64,000 nt of DNA, from positions 32,001-96,000 of the forward strand of contig JBJOKS010000012.1 of the NCBI GenBank assembly GCA_046045965.1, given 5' to 3'. Position numbers and translations under genes: made by a program. Positions 11,187 to 21,232 of the stretch are shown here, one piece after another; position 1 is the first letter of the stretch; every line of letters starts with the position of its first letter. This DNA comes from Cyanobacteriota bacterium (GTDB lineage Bacteria > Cyanobacteriota > Cyanobacteriia > Cyanobacteriales > Nostocaceae). The notes below the pieces were generated by a model, which worked only from the letters and a program-made list of their open reading frames with translations, was not told the origin of the DNA and did no database searches.

Positions 11187-12131
11187 TTAGATTCTGGCGG
11201 TGGTTAATGATGTTAATTTCATGAATTTTCGCCCTAATCTTCTCCAGAAAGTGTCCCGCCATCCTGACCAAGATGTCATGTCAAGATATTGAAAAAATAA
11301 ATCTTTTTTCGGGTGTTTACACTCTGCTTGTAATCCTGCGTGCCAGGGTTTAGGAGAGCTAATAAAGTGAATAATGTAAGGCTTATGCAGCAGTTCCTCA
11401 TAAACATCTTCTGGGTAAGGACTCTCTTTCCAGGACGAATAATCATATATTCTGGGGAGTTGATTCCATCTCGGATGAATTTCTCGCCATTTACCTGCCA
11501 GAATTGCATTTAGACCATCTTGATCGTTGTATTTTACATATTCTTTATTCTGTTTTATATATTCAATTACTTTTTCTCCTATGTTGTCGCTGCGCCATTT
11601 TTTCAAGTTAATTACTAACATTCCAGCATTAAAATATTTAGAATCTGGATCAATTCCCAATTCTTGATAATTCTTTAATCCATCACAGGTTGATATGTAC
11701 ATCTGGACATCATCCTGAACCGCTAATACATAGTTATCTTCTATAGGAATATTCCATAATTCTTCCAAATTTCCCTGTACTACCATGTCGGTATCTAGAT
11801 AAATTGCTTTTTCACAATCTATGGGTAAAAGTTTAGGAATCAGGAGTCTATAATATGTAGCTGTTGTTAGATGTCCGACCAATACCAAATTATTTAACCG
11901 CGTATCATCTATCGGTAGCCAGGAAATATTAACTTGTGCTGATTTCACAGATTTAGTAATTCTATTTTTGTTATATTTACTAATACCTCCATCAAGAATG
12001 AATAACTCTATCTTGTGATTACTTTTGAAATTTGCAAGTGCTGAACGAATCATGACTGCTAGGGGCATGGCATAGTTATTATCAGCAGCACAGACAAGTG
12101 TAATCGGCTGAAGATTGAAGTTAATGGACAT
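11187..12131 (-). CDS. Glycosyltransferase family 8 (GspA/RfaJ-like)
   Basis: TYYRLLI, IYLDTD, YFNAGMLVINL, DQDGLN, IIHF..PKPW motifs. Confidence 0.92.
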   Translation of the reverse strand: MSINFNLQPITLVCAADNNYAMPLAVMIRSALANFKSNHKIELFILDGGISKYNKNRITKSVKSAQVNISWLPIDDTRLNNLVLVGHLTTATYYRLLIPKLLPIDCEKAIYLDTDMVVQGNLEELWNIPIEDNYVLAVQDDVQMYISTCDGLKNYQELGIDPDSKYFNAGMLVINLKKWRSDNIGEKVIEYIKQNKEYVKYNDQDGLNAILAGKWREIHPRWNQLPRIYDYSSWKESPYPEDVYEELLHKPYIIHFISSPKPWHAGLQAECKHPKKDLFFQYLDMTSWSGWRDTFWRRLGRKFMKLTSLTTARI

Positions 12132-12278
12132 AATGAAAATCCTATAACTAACGTTGTTGAAGATGAAAATATGCTTGACAGCGACTGCAATAATAAGTGA
12201 TTAGGTATAATTTTCTTATTCACTTATTCTGGAGTAAATGAAGAGTATACCTGGTGAATATAGGCTAGATGCAAAAGG

Positions 12279-12439
12279 GAGAGCATCCCAAGAACAGCAA
12301 AAATCACGAGACTGAACGGAAAAAACTTTTAAGCTTTCTTCCCTTTGCGCTCTATGGGTTTTTGGCGTTAAGTTTTTTTATTTCCTGGATCAGTGATCAG
12401 CTCAGATAAAAAGTAAACTTACACATTTGGGATGCTCTC
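12279..12439. mobile_element. MITE-like element, 161 bp
   Basis: Perfect 13-bp terminal inverted repeats GAGAGCATCCCAA / TTGGGATGCTCTC; no ORF; no clean TSD. Confidence 0.65.
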
Positions 12440-12462
12440 GATGGCAAGTAATTAATCAAAAG

Positions 12463-13680
12463 TTAATTTTTTACTGCCATTTCTAGGAGGGGAGACTGTT
12501 GGGCAATTTTCTCTACAATTGCTTTGCCAATTTCTAGAGAAGAAGTTGCTGCGGGAGATGGTGCGTTGCAAACATGAATTGAGTTGTCACTTTGGATAAT
12601 TAAAAAATCATCTACTAGAGAACCATTATTCATTAATGCTTGAGCGCGAACTCCTGCATGGGTGGGTACTAAATCTTCGGCTTTAACTTCGGGAATTAGT
12701 TTTTGTAAACTGCTAACAAAGGCCGCTTTACTAAAGGAACGAATTATTTCTTGAATTCCTTCATCAGCGTGTTTTGCTGCTAGTTTCCAGAAACCAGGAT
12801 AGGTGATTACTTCTGCAAAGTCTTTTAAGTCAAAGTCGGTTTTTTTGTACCCTTCACGTTTGAGACTCAAGACTGCATTTGGTCCTGCATGAACGCTGTT
12901 ATCAATCATGCGGGTGAAATGGACACCTAGAAAGGGAAAATCAGGGTTAGGAACTGGATAAATGAGAGTTTTCACCAAATAGCGTTTTTCGGGGGTGAGT
13001 TCGTAATATTCGCCCCGAAAGGGGACAATTTTAGCTTCGGGGTTGGCTTTACCTAATTTTGCAATGCGATCGCTATGCAATCCGGCACAATTAATTACAA
13101 ATCTCGTTTCAAAACTACCCTGGTTAGTTTCTAATACTTGATTTTTCCCACTTTGGAATATTTGTAAAACTTTGGTATTGAGACGTAAATCTCCGCCTTG
13201 GTTTTTAATCAGTTCAGCGTATTTTAAACAAACTTGTTTGTAATTAACAATTCCTGTAGAAAATACCCGAATTCCACCAACACAACTCACATGAGGTTCA
13301 ATTTCTTTGACTTCTTCAGCACTAATTTTCTGCACTGCTATTCCATTATCTAAACCTCGTTGGTAGAGGTTTTCTAGCCGTGGTAGTTCTTGTGCATTTG
13401 TCGCCACAATTACTTTACCACAAATGTCATGTTCAATATCATGTTTCTGGCAGAATTCTACCATTGAGCTACTACCATCACGGCAAAATTGAGCTTTAAA
13501 GCTACCTGGTTTGTAGTAAATTCCTGAATGAATTACGCCGCTATTATTACCTGTTTGGTGAAATGCCCATTGACTTTCTTTTTCTAATACTAAAATCCGT
13601 GCATCAGGATAGCGTGATCCTAACGCCATTCCTGTAGAAAGTCCCACGATTCCCCCACCAATAATGGCAAAATCATACAT
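12463..13680 (-). CDS. lhgO: L-2-hydroxyglutarate oxidase family FAD oxidoreductase
   Basis: IIGGGIVG, QTGNNSGVIHSGIYY, FPFLGVHFT, NAPSPAATSSLEIG. Confidence 0.92.
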   Translation of the reverse strand: MYDFAIIGGGIVGLSTGMALGSRYPDARILVLEKESQWAFHQTGNNSGVIHSGIYYKPGSFKAQFCRDGSSSMVEFCQKHDIEHDICGKVIVATNAQELPRLENLYQRGLDNGIAVQKISAEEVKEIEPHVSCVGGIRVFSTGIVNYKQVCLKYAELIKNQGGDLRLNTKVLQIFQSGKNQVLETNQGSFETRFVINCAGLHSDRIAKLGKANPEAKIVPFRGEYYELTPEKRYLVKTLIYPVPNPDFPFLGVHFTRMIDNSVHAGPNAVLSLKREGYKKTDFDLKDFAEVITYPGFWKLAAKHADEGIQEIIRSFSKAAFVSSLQKLIPEVKAEDLVPTHAGVRAQALMNNGSLVDDFLIIQSDNSIHVCNAPSPAATSSLEIGKAIVEKIAQQSPLLEMAVKN

Positions 13681-13845
13681 TAGTAATTTTTCCCCAATCT
13701 AAAATTTAAACTTGCTATATCAGCTTTCAGCTATTAGTTGTCAGCTTGTTAGTACACTAAGAATCGCTATTTTAACATCTACTGATTGCTCAAATATTCT
13801 CACTTCTGACTCCTGAATCCTGACTCCTGACTTCTTACATTGCTA

Positions 13846-14619
13846 TTACCAAACCTTCCAAGGAGCTTGATCAGCTTTCCATAGATCCTCTAAGTAATTT
13901 TTATCTCTTAAAGTATCCATTGGTTGCCAAAAACCATTATGTTTGAAAGCTGATAACTCTTGCATATCAGCTAACTTTTCTAATGGTTCTTTCTCCCAAA
14001 CAGTAGTGTCATCAGTAATAAAGTTGATCACTTCAGGTTCTAAGACAAAATAACCGCCATTTATCCAAGCCCCATCACCTTCAGGTTTTTCTCGAAAACT
14101 AGCAATTTTCGTTTGTTCTTGTCCTAGAGAAATTGCACCAAACCTTCCTGCTGGTTGCACTGCGCTGAGTGTCGCTAATGTTTTTTGTTCTTGATGAAAT
14201 TTAATTAATTCCGTGATATTTACATCACTTACACCATCACCATAGGTAAAGCAAAATGTGTCATTACCAATATGTTCTCTAACTCTCTTTAAACGTCCAC
14301 CAGTCATGGTATTATCACCTGTGTTGACTAAGGTAACACGCCAAGGTTCCGCATATCCAGAATGTATACTCATTTGATTAAATCGCATATCAAAAGTCAC
14401 ATCTGACATATGTAAGAAGTAATTGGCAAAATACTCTTTGATGATGTAACCTTTATACCCACAACAGATGATAAATTCATTAATACCATGAGCCGAGTAT
14501 ATCTTCATGATATGCCAGAGAATGGGCTTACCTCCAATCTCAACCATCGGCTTCGGTCTGATACTAGTTTCTTCACTGAGGCGTGTACCAAGACCCCCAG
14601 CCAAAATTACTGCTTTCAT
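13846..14619 (-). CDS. rfbF: Glucose-1-phosphate cytidylyltransferase
   Basis: ILAGGLGTRLSEET..PKPMVEIG, TGGRLKR, TYGDGV, FWQPMDTLRDK. Confidence 0.95.
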   Translation of the reverse strand: MKAVILAGGLGTRLSEETSIRPKPMVEIGGKPILWHIMKIYSAHGINEFIICCGYKGYIIKEYFANYFLHMSDVTFDMRFNQMSIHSGYAEPWRVTLVNTGDNTMTGGRLKRVREHIGNDTFCFTYGDGVSDVNITELIKFHQEQKTLATLSAVQPAGRFGAISLGQEQTKIASFREKPEGDGAWINGGYFVLEPEVINFITDDTTVWEKEPLEKLADMQELSAFKHNGFWQPMDTLRDKNYLEDLWKADQAPWKVW

Positions 14620-15136
14620 GTAATTACCTCAAAGATTTGCTGGTCGGTGATGATTTGAGTTTTTTGGGATGAAGAGGATGCACAAGAAATAGAGAAAAAA
14701 TAAATTTTTGCAAGAATTTAGGAGTCAGTAGAGACGTGCCGCCGGAACACCTCTACAAAACCGAAAAGCTTGTACAGAAGCCATGATGCTTGTATTAATA
14801 ATCTCAACAATAGATACAGCGTTTTGCAGCAAAAGAGTTTTACTGCTGACCACTCACCGCTGTTGTATTTGCTGAAATTCATCATTTCCATAGCTGCAAG
14901 CATCATTCATTCTGTAATTTGAATCCTTGACGAATTTTTATATGTTTTTCTCTACAAAGAATCTAGAAATAATTTAACTGTAAAATGCTGAAAATTTATG
15001 AAGAAAAAGTAAATTTAAAATAAGTTCTCTGTAAAAAAATTATGAATACCAGTATTTAAATTTCAGCTTTATATAGCTGTGGACAGGGTGGTTAGGACAT
15101 CAATTGATAATGAAACTTCCACTACAAGAGGGTTTT

Positions 15137-15171
<35 letters not shown>

Positions 15172-15251
15172 CTATACAACAAAAAAAGCAACCAAGATCA
15201 AATCACTAGTACAGGTTGGCGTAAATAAACCAACCATTCTATCAGCAGGGT

Positions 15252-17447
15252 TTAACGGTTGAGAGGGTCAAACATAGTTGAGCTTTGGAATAAAGCATCA
15301 CATCTTTTGGATACAATTACACAAATGCTGCTGAGTGCTTGCTGGTAGTTATCCATGTCTTTTTGTTCCAGGTAAATTTGAGCCGATTTTTCTAAATCTT
15401 CAATGGCTTTTGCTTGGTTTTCTTGAGATTTAGTTTCCCCATATTGGGCTAACTCATAATGAACCATTCCCCGTTTGAGGTAAACCTGAGCCATGCGGGG
15501 ATTGATATTTAATGCTTCGTTAAAATCTGCAATTGCCTGTTTATATATTTGAGTGTAATTACTACTATATTGGGCAAATTGATAACGAGCAAGACCACGC
15601 TGAAAGTAAGCTTCTGCTTTGGAAGTATTAAGTTGAATTGCTTCGGTAAAATCCGCAATTGATTTTTGGTATTCTTGTTGAAAATTCTGGCTATATTTAG
15701 CTATTTGCGAACGAACAATACCTCGTCTGATATAAGCTTCGGTGTCACGCTCATTAATGTTGATAGCAGTATTAAAGTTTTGGATAGCTTTCTTATACTC
15801 TTGGTCAGGATCATTACTATAGTCGGCCAGCATAAAATAGGCATTGCCCCGATTCACAAAAGCTTTGACTTCCTGCGGATTAATTTTCAGAGCTTGGTTA
15901 TAGTCTGCCAATGCTCCTTCATAATCGTTCAAGTTGTAGCGAGCATTGCCACGATTGATATACAGTTTAGAAAAATTAGGATTTTTTTTGATACCTTGGG
16001 TAAAATTTTCAATTGCTTGCTCATAGTCTTGCTTTTGATAAGCAGCATTACCACGGTCATAGTAATCTACAAAAGTGAGACTTTCATCTTGATGAATATT
16101 CTTGTTTTGATTAGGCATCAAGCTTTGTTGAGTGTAAGGATTTTGAGAAACAAAGGGACGAGTAAATTTGATCATTATGTCCAAATACCCCAATAATCCC
16201 AAACCCAACAGGCTAAACATAATAGTATAAAATCTTGATTTGTTGGACTTTTTGGCAGCTTGATAAGCAGAAAAGTTTGGGTTAAATACTGGTTGCCAAT
16301 GATGTAGATGAGATGCGGGAATAGCTGGTCTGCGTACACGAGGAGTATGTGTTGGGCGCTTTCTAGATTTTCGGCGGGGTTTGAGATGTTCCTTAGCAGC
16401 GATCGCCTTCAGTGATGGAAAAGGATCACGTCCACCTAACTGGGCGGTACGTTCACACCAAGGACACTTGTCAAGATGATTATGGTAGAGATGCTGGGGG
16501 TTAACAGCACAAGTAACAAGACTTTCTTCAGCTGTAATTAGGGCTGACAACCAAGTTTGAGCCGTAGGACGTAAATGCGGGTTGTGATGCCCATCCTCAA
16601 AACAACGCACAAACAAATCCCGTAAACCAGGATGGAGCTTTTCCCAAGCCGGTGCTATGGGGGTAGGCAAATAGGGAACTTGTTGCTTTTGACTGTAAGT
16701 AAAATGACCTGCAACTATTCTGGCTTCGTAAGTGGGTGGATCAAACAGACCTTGAAAAATCCCAGAAAATGGGTGAGTTCCTTCCATTAATAATTGAAAG
16801 ATCAGCACCGCTAACCCAAATAAATCATGAGAAATTTCACGATCATATTCAGCAAAAGTTTTATTCTGTAGTTCTGGGGGAGTATACTCTGGTTTACCGA
16901 CTGAACAACGATAGACAATATTTTGCTCTCTTTCACGAACTTGGAATGAGTCTGTGTCTACCAAAGTAACTAAGGCGGCATCACTAACTAAAATATTGGA
17001 CTCATTGACATCACCAATGCAGTATTGACTTGTGTGTAAAGCTGCAAAAGCTGCTGCCAAATTACGGGCTGCCCTGAGTAAATACTGATAATTAAATAAA
17101 GGACAATTTTGACGACGGTTTCCCGGATTATAAAAGTCCATGATCGGCCGCATCCCTCGAATACGCGGCATTAAAAAGCCGATGATACTACCACTGCCAT
17201 CGGCAGCTTGTAACAACTCTTGTGGCCACGCAATGGAAATATGCCCCAAATTAGCTGTTGGGTTTTCTGGGGGGTTGGCAATCATCGCTTGAAGTTTGTG
17301 GGCATGAGTCAGAATTGGCTTATGATAGATTTTGGCCACTAAATTTTCATCTGATGGCACTGCATAGACACAAGCTTCACCGCCACGCCCCAAATTGACT
17401 GTGAGATTGAGAATTTCCGGCTGGGGAAGAGAACGTAGTACCTGCAT
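15252..17447 (-). CDS. YegI/TerY-P-type Ser/Thr kinase with Zn ribbon, TM helix and C-terminal TPR array
   Basis: GRGGEACVY, VAKIY, GDVNESNILV, DTDSF, PPEL; CAVNPQH...CPWC; hydrophobic TIMFSLLGLGLLGYL; several TPRs (YINRGNARYNLNDYEGALADYNQALKINP). Confidence 0.9.
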   Translation of the reverse strand: MQVLRSLPQPEILNLTVNLGRGGEACVYAVPSDENLVAKIYHKPILTHAHKLQAMIANPPENPTANLGHISIAWPQELLQAADGSGSIIGFLMPRIRGMRPIMDFYNPGNRRQNCPLFNYQYLLRAARNLAAAFAALHTSQYCIGDVNESNILVSDAALVTLVDTDSFQVREREQNIVYRCSVGKPEYTPPELQNKTFAEYDREISHDLFGLAVLIFQLLMEGTHPFSGIFQGLFDPPTYEARIVAGHFTYSQKQQVPYLPTPIAPAWEKLHPGLRDLFVRCFEDGHHNPHLRPTAQTWLSALITAEESLVTCAVNPQHLYHNHLDKCPWCERTAQLGGRDPFPSLKAIAAKEHLKPRRKSRKRPTHTPRVRRPAIPASHLHHWQPVFNPNFSAYQAAKKSNKSRFYTIMFSLLGLGLLGYLDIMIKFTRPFVSQNPYTQQSLMPNQNKNIHQDESLTFVDYYDRGNAAYQKQDYEQAIENFTQGIKKNPNFSKLYINRGNARYNLNDYEGALADYNQALKINPQEVKAFVNRGNAYFMLADYSNDPDQEYKKAIQNFNTAININERDTEAYIRRGIVRSQIAKYSQNFQQEYQKSIADFTEAIQLNTSKAEAYFQRGLARYQFAQYSSNYTQIYKQAIADFNEALNINPRMAQVYLKRGMVHYELAQYGETKSQENQAKAIEDLEKSAQIYLEQKDMDNYQQALSSICVIVSKRCDALFQSSTMFDPLNR

Positions 17448-17601
17448 AGTGGAATTACGGTTAACAGTGGTTATGGAAAGGGACTGGGGATTGAGTTACA
17501 AACGACCCATTGGATCGTCTCTACGGAATGGAAGATTGGAAAAAGGCTGATCCTGAACCTTACAGCTTGCACCCTAAACCCTACCCAATAAACATTGTTC
17601 A

Positions 17602-18381
17602 TCAATTGTTTAATGCTGCTAATACCAAAGTCAAATCATCATCAGTGCGTTTTGTAATTCTTTCAGAACATAAAAACTTTACTAATTGCTCTTTAGCTAT
17701 CATTTTATCTTCAGCATTGGCTACAAAGTCAAATAAAGGAAAAAAGAATGGTTTATGAGGTTCACCAACCAGCATATTTAAAGCCAGCATTTGTAGTCCA
17801 TCGGTGAGAACACCAATATTAACTATGTTATGACGCAATATTTTGATTTGGGTTGTAGCTAAAGCATCAGGTGAAGTCAAAAATGTGGTTTCATTAATGT
17901 ATTCACCGCTGTTGGGGATAGTTAGCGCCTGTAAGTTACCTGTGCTATCCTTGGCCACAGCTAAACCATCTCCGATTTGAGCTACTGCTGCAATTTTTGG
18001 TGTGGCGATCGCAATAATTAAGGTGGTTGCTAAATCAGATGGCTGATGTTTGGAAACCTCTGCTTCATTTTCTACTGCTTTTTGAGCGGCTAACATCGTC
18101 TGGGTTAGCAGATCACGCAAAAGATGATCATCAGCCAGGATGCTGTGAGTATCTTCGCAGTTCGAGATATGTTCTATTGCTGTTTCTACCGCTATCATCG
18201 CTCCCACTTTTCCCAAAGTTGCTGAACCAGCCCCATCTGCGGCTGCTATCACTAACAGATTATTTGGCAATATCTGCCAATGGTGAGCATCCTGGCACAA
18301 CTGCTGGTTTTTGATGTGGCTAGTCCCACATACAGAAGCGGCTACTATCCGCCATTGAGGAATTTGTTTTGGTGTGTTCAT
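17602..18381 (-). CDS. PP2C-family (PP2C_2/YegK) Ser/Thr phosphatase
   Basis: ASVCGTSH..CQD, AADGAGSA, QIGDG, LTDGL, DDDLT; likely start is the ATG at 18381 because the longer ORF reads through STRRs. Confidence 0.9.
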   Translation of the reverse strand: MNTPKQIPQWRIVAASVCGTSHIKNQQLCQDAHHWQILPNNLLVIAAADGAGSATLGKVGAMIAVETAIEHISNCEDTHSILADDHLLRDLLTQTMLAAQKAVENEAEVSKHQPSDLATTLIIAIATPKIAAVAQIGDGLAVAKDSTGNLQALTIPNSGEYINETTFLTSPDALATTQIKILRHNIVNIGVLTDGLQMLALNMLVGEPHKPFFFPLFDFVANAEDKMIAKEQLVKFLCSERITKRTDDDLTLVLAALNN

Positions 18382-18569
18382 AAATTTGTTCTCACAGCTA
18401 TAGCAGGTGACAGGTGACAGGGAACAGGTGATCGGTGACAGAGTTGAACGTCTGTTTGTATTTTCAGTTTTGTCCATACCTACTGTACGTTGACACGTTG
18501 GCGTTAACCGTGCGTTAGCACTACAGTTGATGTCCTCACCACCTTGTTTGTTGCTATAACTGCTAACTT

Positions 18570-19244
18570 TTAAACAGACCCCCAACCAATTGGTGGTAGT
18601 GCTACTTGCTCATCTACCTGGGAATGGGAGACGGCTGACATACTCGCAGAAAGCCAAACAAACATTTCAATAAAGTTTAATCCTTGAAGTTTGAGGGGAG
18701 TACGCACCGCTATTTGATTTAAACGGTTCATGTTGGCATTTTCTACTCCTACCGTAAAAAAAGCTACACGTTTATTTGCTTCGTCTCCTTGCAGACGCTG
18801 TATTGCTTGTTCTATAACATCATCTAGCTCACCTTGCGGCTCACCATCTGTAATCATAAATACCCAAGGACGGTAGTACGCAATGCCATTAGCACGATAT
18901 TGGGATTTGCGTTCTTGAATTATTTCTAACGATTTATGAATTCCTGCCCCCATTGTCGTTAGTCCTTGGGCTGTTAGAATAGGTGGGTTGAATTGGTCTG
19001 CGGTGACAAAATCTTGCACAACATTGACATGACTATCAAAAGTAACAATTGCTACTTCCACCCTTCTGGCTGCCAAGGAATTTTTTACCAGTTCATCCTT
19101 AAAAGTCAATAAGCCCTGATTTAAAGCCTCAATCCGTTCTCCTTGCATGGAGCCAGATGTGTCTAGCAATAGCACGCACGGGCAACGAGGTTCAGGGTTT
19201 TCTGCAAATTCTACGATTTCATCTAGTTTTAGTGTATCCAGCAT
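18570..19244 (-). CDS. TerY/YegL-family vWA domain protein
   Basis: RCPCVLLLDTSGSM (MIDAS DxSxS), GLTTMG, YYRPWVFMITDGEP. Confidence 0.92.
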   Translation of the reverse strand: MLDTLKLDEIVEFAENPEPRCPCVLLLDTSGSMQGERIEALNQGLLTFKDELVKNSLAARRVEVAIVTFDSHVNVVQDFVTADQFNPPILTAQGLTTMGAGIHKSLEIIQERKSQYRANGIAYYRPWVFMITDGEPQGELDDVIEQAIQRLQGDEANKRVAFFTVGVENANMNRLNQIAVRTPLKLQGLNFIEMFVWLSASMSAVSHSQVDEQVALPPIGWGSV

Positions 19245-19860
19245 AACCTTTTGTGTTATGTTATAGTCCAACGTTTTAATTTCCTTTTCTCAAAGTATAT
19301 AGTTTGCCAGACTAATGCGACTACAAGTATGGTATTTGGCAGTAGATGGATGAAAATTCATCTATCAACCTATTCTCATTAAATAGTCTATTTCAGGAAA
19401 CTTGATCATCACCATATAGTTTAGTTAAAGCCAATTGTTCGGGGGGTGAACATTATTTATTTGGGCGCAGTTACCATCATTTATCTGCAAATAAATAAGA
19501 ATATAATATTCAATATATCCATTGACAATAAATAAGAATTTAAAGATTTTATGTGGAAAATTTGCTAATTATCAACCACTCAGTAAACATAATTAATGCA
19601 GCAATTTGATAATGGACACACTGTAAAAATGAAACCTGATAATTTGTATCACCTTGGCAATACGAACACAGTTGACGGTCTAGTAGTATTATGTAACCAA
19701 AAGAGGGGTAATTGATATAGCTTGAGATAGATATATTAATTTCCTAATCCATAATTAGTTGGTTTATAGATAACTATGAGAAGAAAGACATATTGAATCC
19801 TAACCTGAAATTTATTCTGTCTCCATCCTAAGTCAATTTTTCGGAAAAAACTGTAAAAAT

Positions 19861-21225
19861 ATGAATAATACTGGCACATTTACCAAACTATCTCCTGAAA
19901 GTTTATTAAGACAGTTAACCAATTCTTCTGACACTACTTGTTTACAAGTCCTGAACAATTCAGTGTTATGGTCTATATACTTAGATCAGGGAAAAATCCT
20001 CTATGCCACCCATTCAGTAGAACCCTTTGATAGACTGGAACGGCATCTGCGTCGTCTGGGCCAGCAAATTCCCTTACTAACTAATGAGATTCGTGTACAA
20101 TTACGCATGACGTTTGAAGCTGAGGGTCCAACTCAGTTCAGCGAACCTCGTGATGATAATCCCAGCCAACCGCCGGAATATCAAGCTATTCACTGGCTTG
20201 TTACTGAAAAACATCTACTCTCTCACCATGCAGCATTATTGATTCAAGAGTTAGTCAAAGAAGTGATTGAATCTTTTTTGCTGATTCGAGAAGGAACTTA
20301 TGAATTAACAGCACCAGTTAATAGCTTACCTAAAATTTGCAGGCTGGATGTGGAAAATATCATGGAACGCTGCCACAAGCGGTTACAAAATTGGCAGTCT
20401 TTCGCTCCCCAAATCTCTTCTCCCTATCAGCGTCCATACCTGTTGATTAACAGTAGATTCTATGATAAGCAACTACCAGAACTACAGCAAAATATCACTA
20501 CCTGGATGAAGGGTTTTAGCCTACGTCATTTGGCGGTAATTATGAATCTGGATGAGGTGGAACTGGCTCGAACTTTATACCCACATATCCTTCAGGGTTC
20601 GATTATTTTACATGAACCAGACCCCCCATTTGATAAATTACCTAAAACCTTTGAAGATGTTTTACTAGCTCCTCGATACAGCACAATCAGAATTAATGGC
20701 AAATCGTTTAAGGTAGAAGCATCACCATCCACTACCCTGGGAGAGAACCCTATACCTCAAGTTTCTGCTTTACCAAAAGAAAACCTTGAGCAATCAACCA
20801 TACCAAATAACATACAAGCTGATGGGGAAAACGTAAACGCTGCTACCATAACGGCTAAAAAACCCTACAAAATTATTTCTGTCGATGATAGTCCGACAGT
20901 TCTCAAAGAAATAAGTCGTTGTTTGGAAGATGAAAATGTTGCTGTAGTGACTATTAATGATCCAATCAAAGCGGTGATGTCCATTATTAGGCACAAACCC
21001 GATTTAATTTTGTTGGATCTGAGTATGGCGGGAATTGATGGTTATGAGTTATGCCGAATTATTCGCAATAATTCCATGTTTAAGGAAATTCCCATTATTT
21101 TCGTTACTGGTAGTAAGGGAATTGTTGATAAGGTAAAAGCAAGAATGGTAGGAGCTTCTGGTTATTTAACTAAACCTTTTACTCGTGCTGAATTGTTAAA
21201 GATGATTTTTATGCACTTGGCATAA
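19861..21225 (+). CDS. PatA-family response regulator (PATAN/DUF4388 + receiver)
   Basis: N-terminal WSIYLDQGKILYATHS and SPYQRPY PATAN-like segments; C-terminal REC (VDDS, LLDLSM, FVTG, LTKPF). Confidence 0.88.
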   Translation: MNNTGTFTKLSPESLLRQLTNSSDTTCLQVLNNSVLWSIYLDQGKILYATHSVEPFDRLERHLRRLGQQIPLLTNEIRVQLRMTFEAEGPTQFSEPRDDNPSQPPEYQAIHWLVTEKHLLSHHAALLIQELVKEVIESFLLIREGTYELTAPVNSLPKICRLDVENIMERCHKRLQNWQSFAPQISSPYQRPYLLINSRFYDKQLPELQQNITTWMKGFSLRHLAVIMNLDEVELARTLYPHILQGSIILHEPDPPFDKLPKTFEDVLLAPRYSTIRINGKSFKVEASPSTTLGENPIPQVSALPKENLEQSTIPNNIQADGENVNAATITAKKPYKIISVDDSPTVLKEISRCLEDENVAVVTINDPIKAVMSIIRHKPDLILLDLSMAGIDGYELCRIIRNNSMFKEIPIIFVTGSKGIVDKVKARMVGASGYLTKPFTRAELLKMIFMHLA

Positions 21226-21232
21226 AAGTTAC

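Noticed and set aside
15666..16196. 176-aa plus-strand ORF and other short antisense ORFs within long genes
   Set aside because: Fully antisense to well-supported CDSs
18382..18585. 68-aa N-terminal extension of the PP2C ORF
   Set aside because: Reads through GGTGACA heptamers and overlaps the vWA stop; family similarity starts at ATG 18381
19272..19860. NtcA or DIF1 sites in the divergent vWA/PatA-family promoter region
   Set aside because: By eye I found only mismatched GTA-N8-TAC candidates and no TCCGGA; not distinguishable from chance in AT-rich DNA
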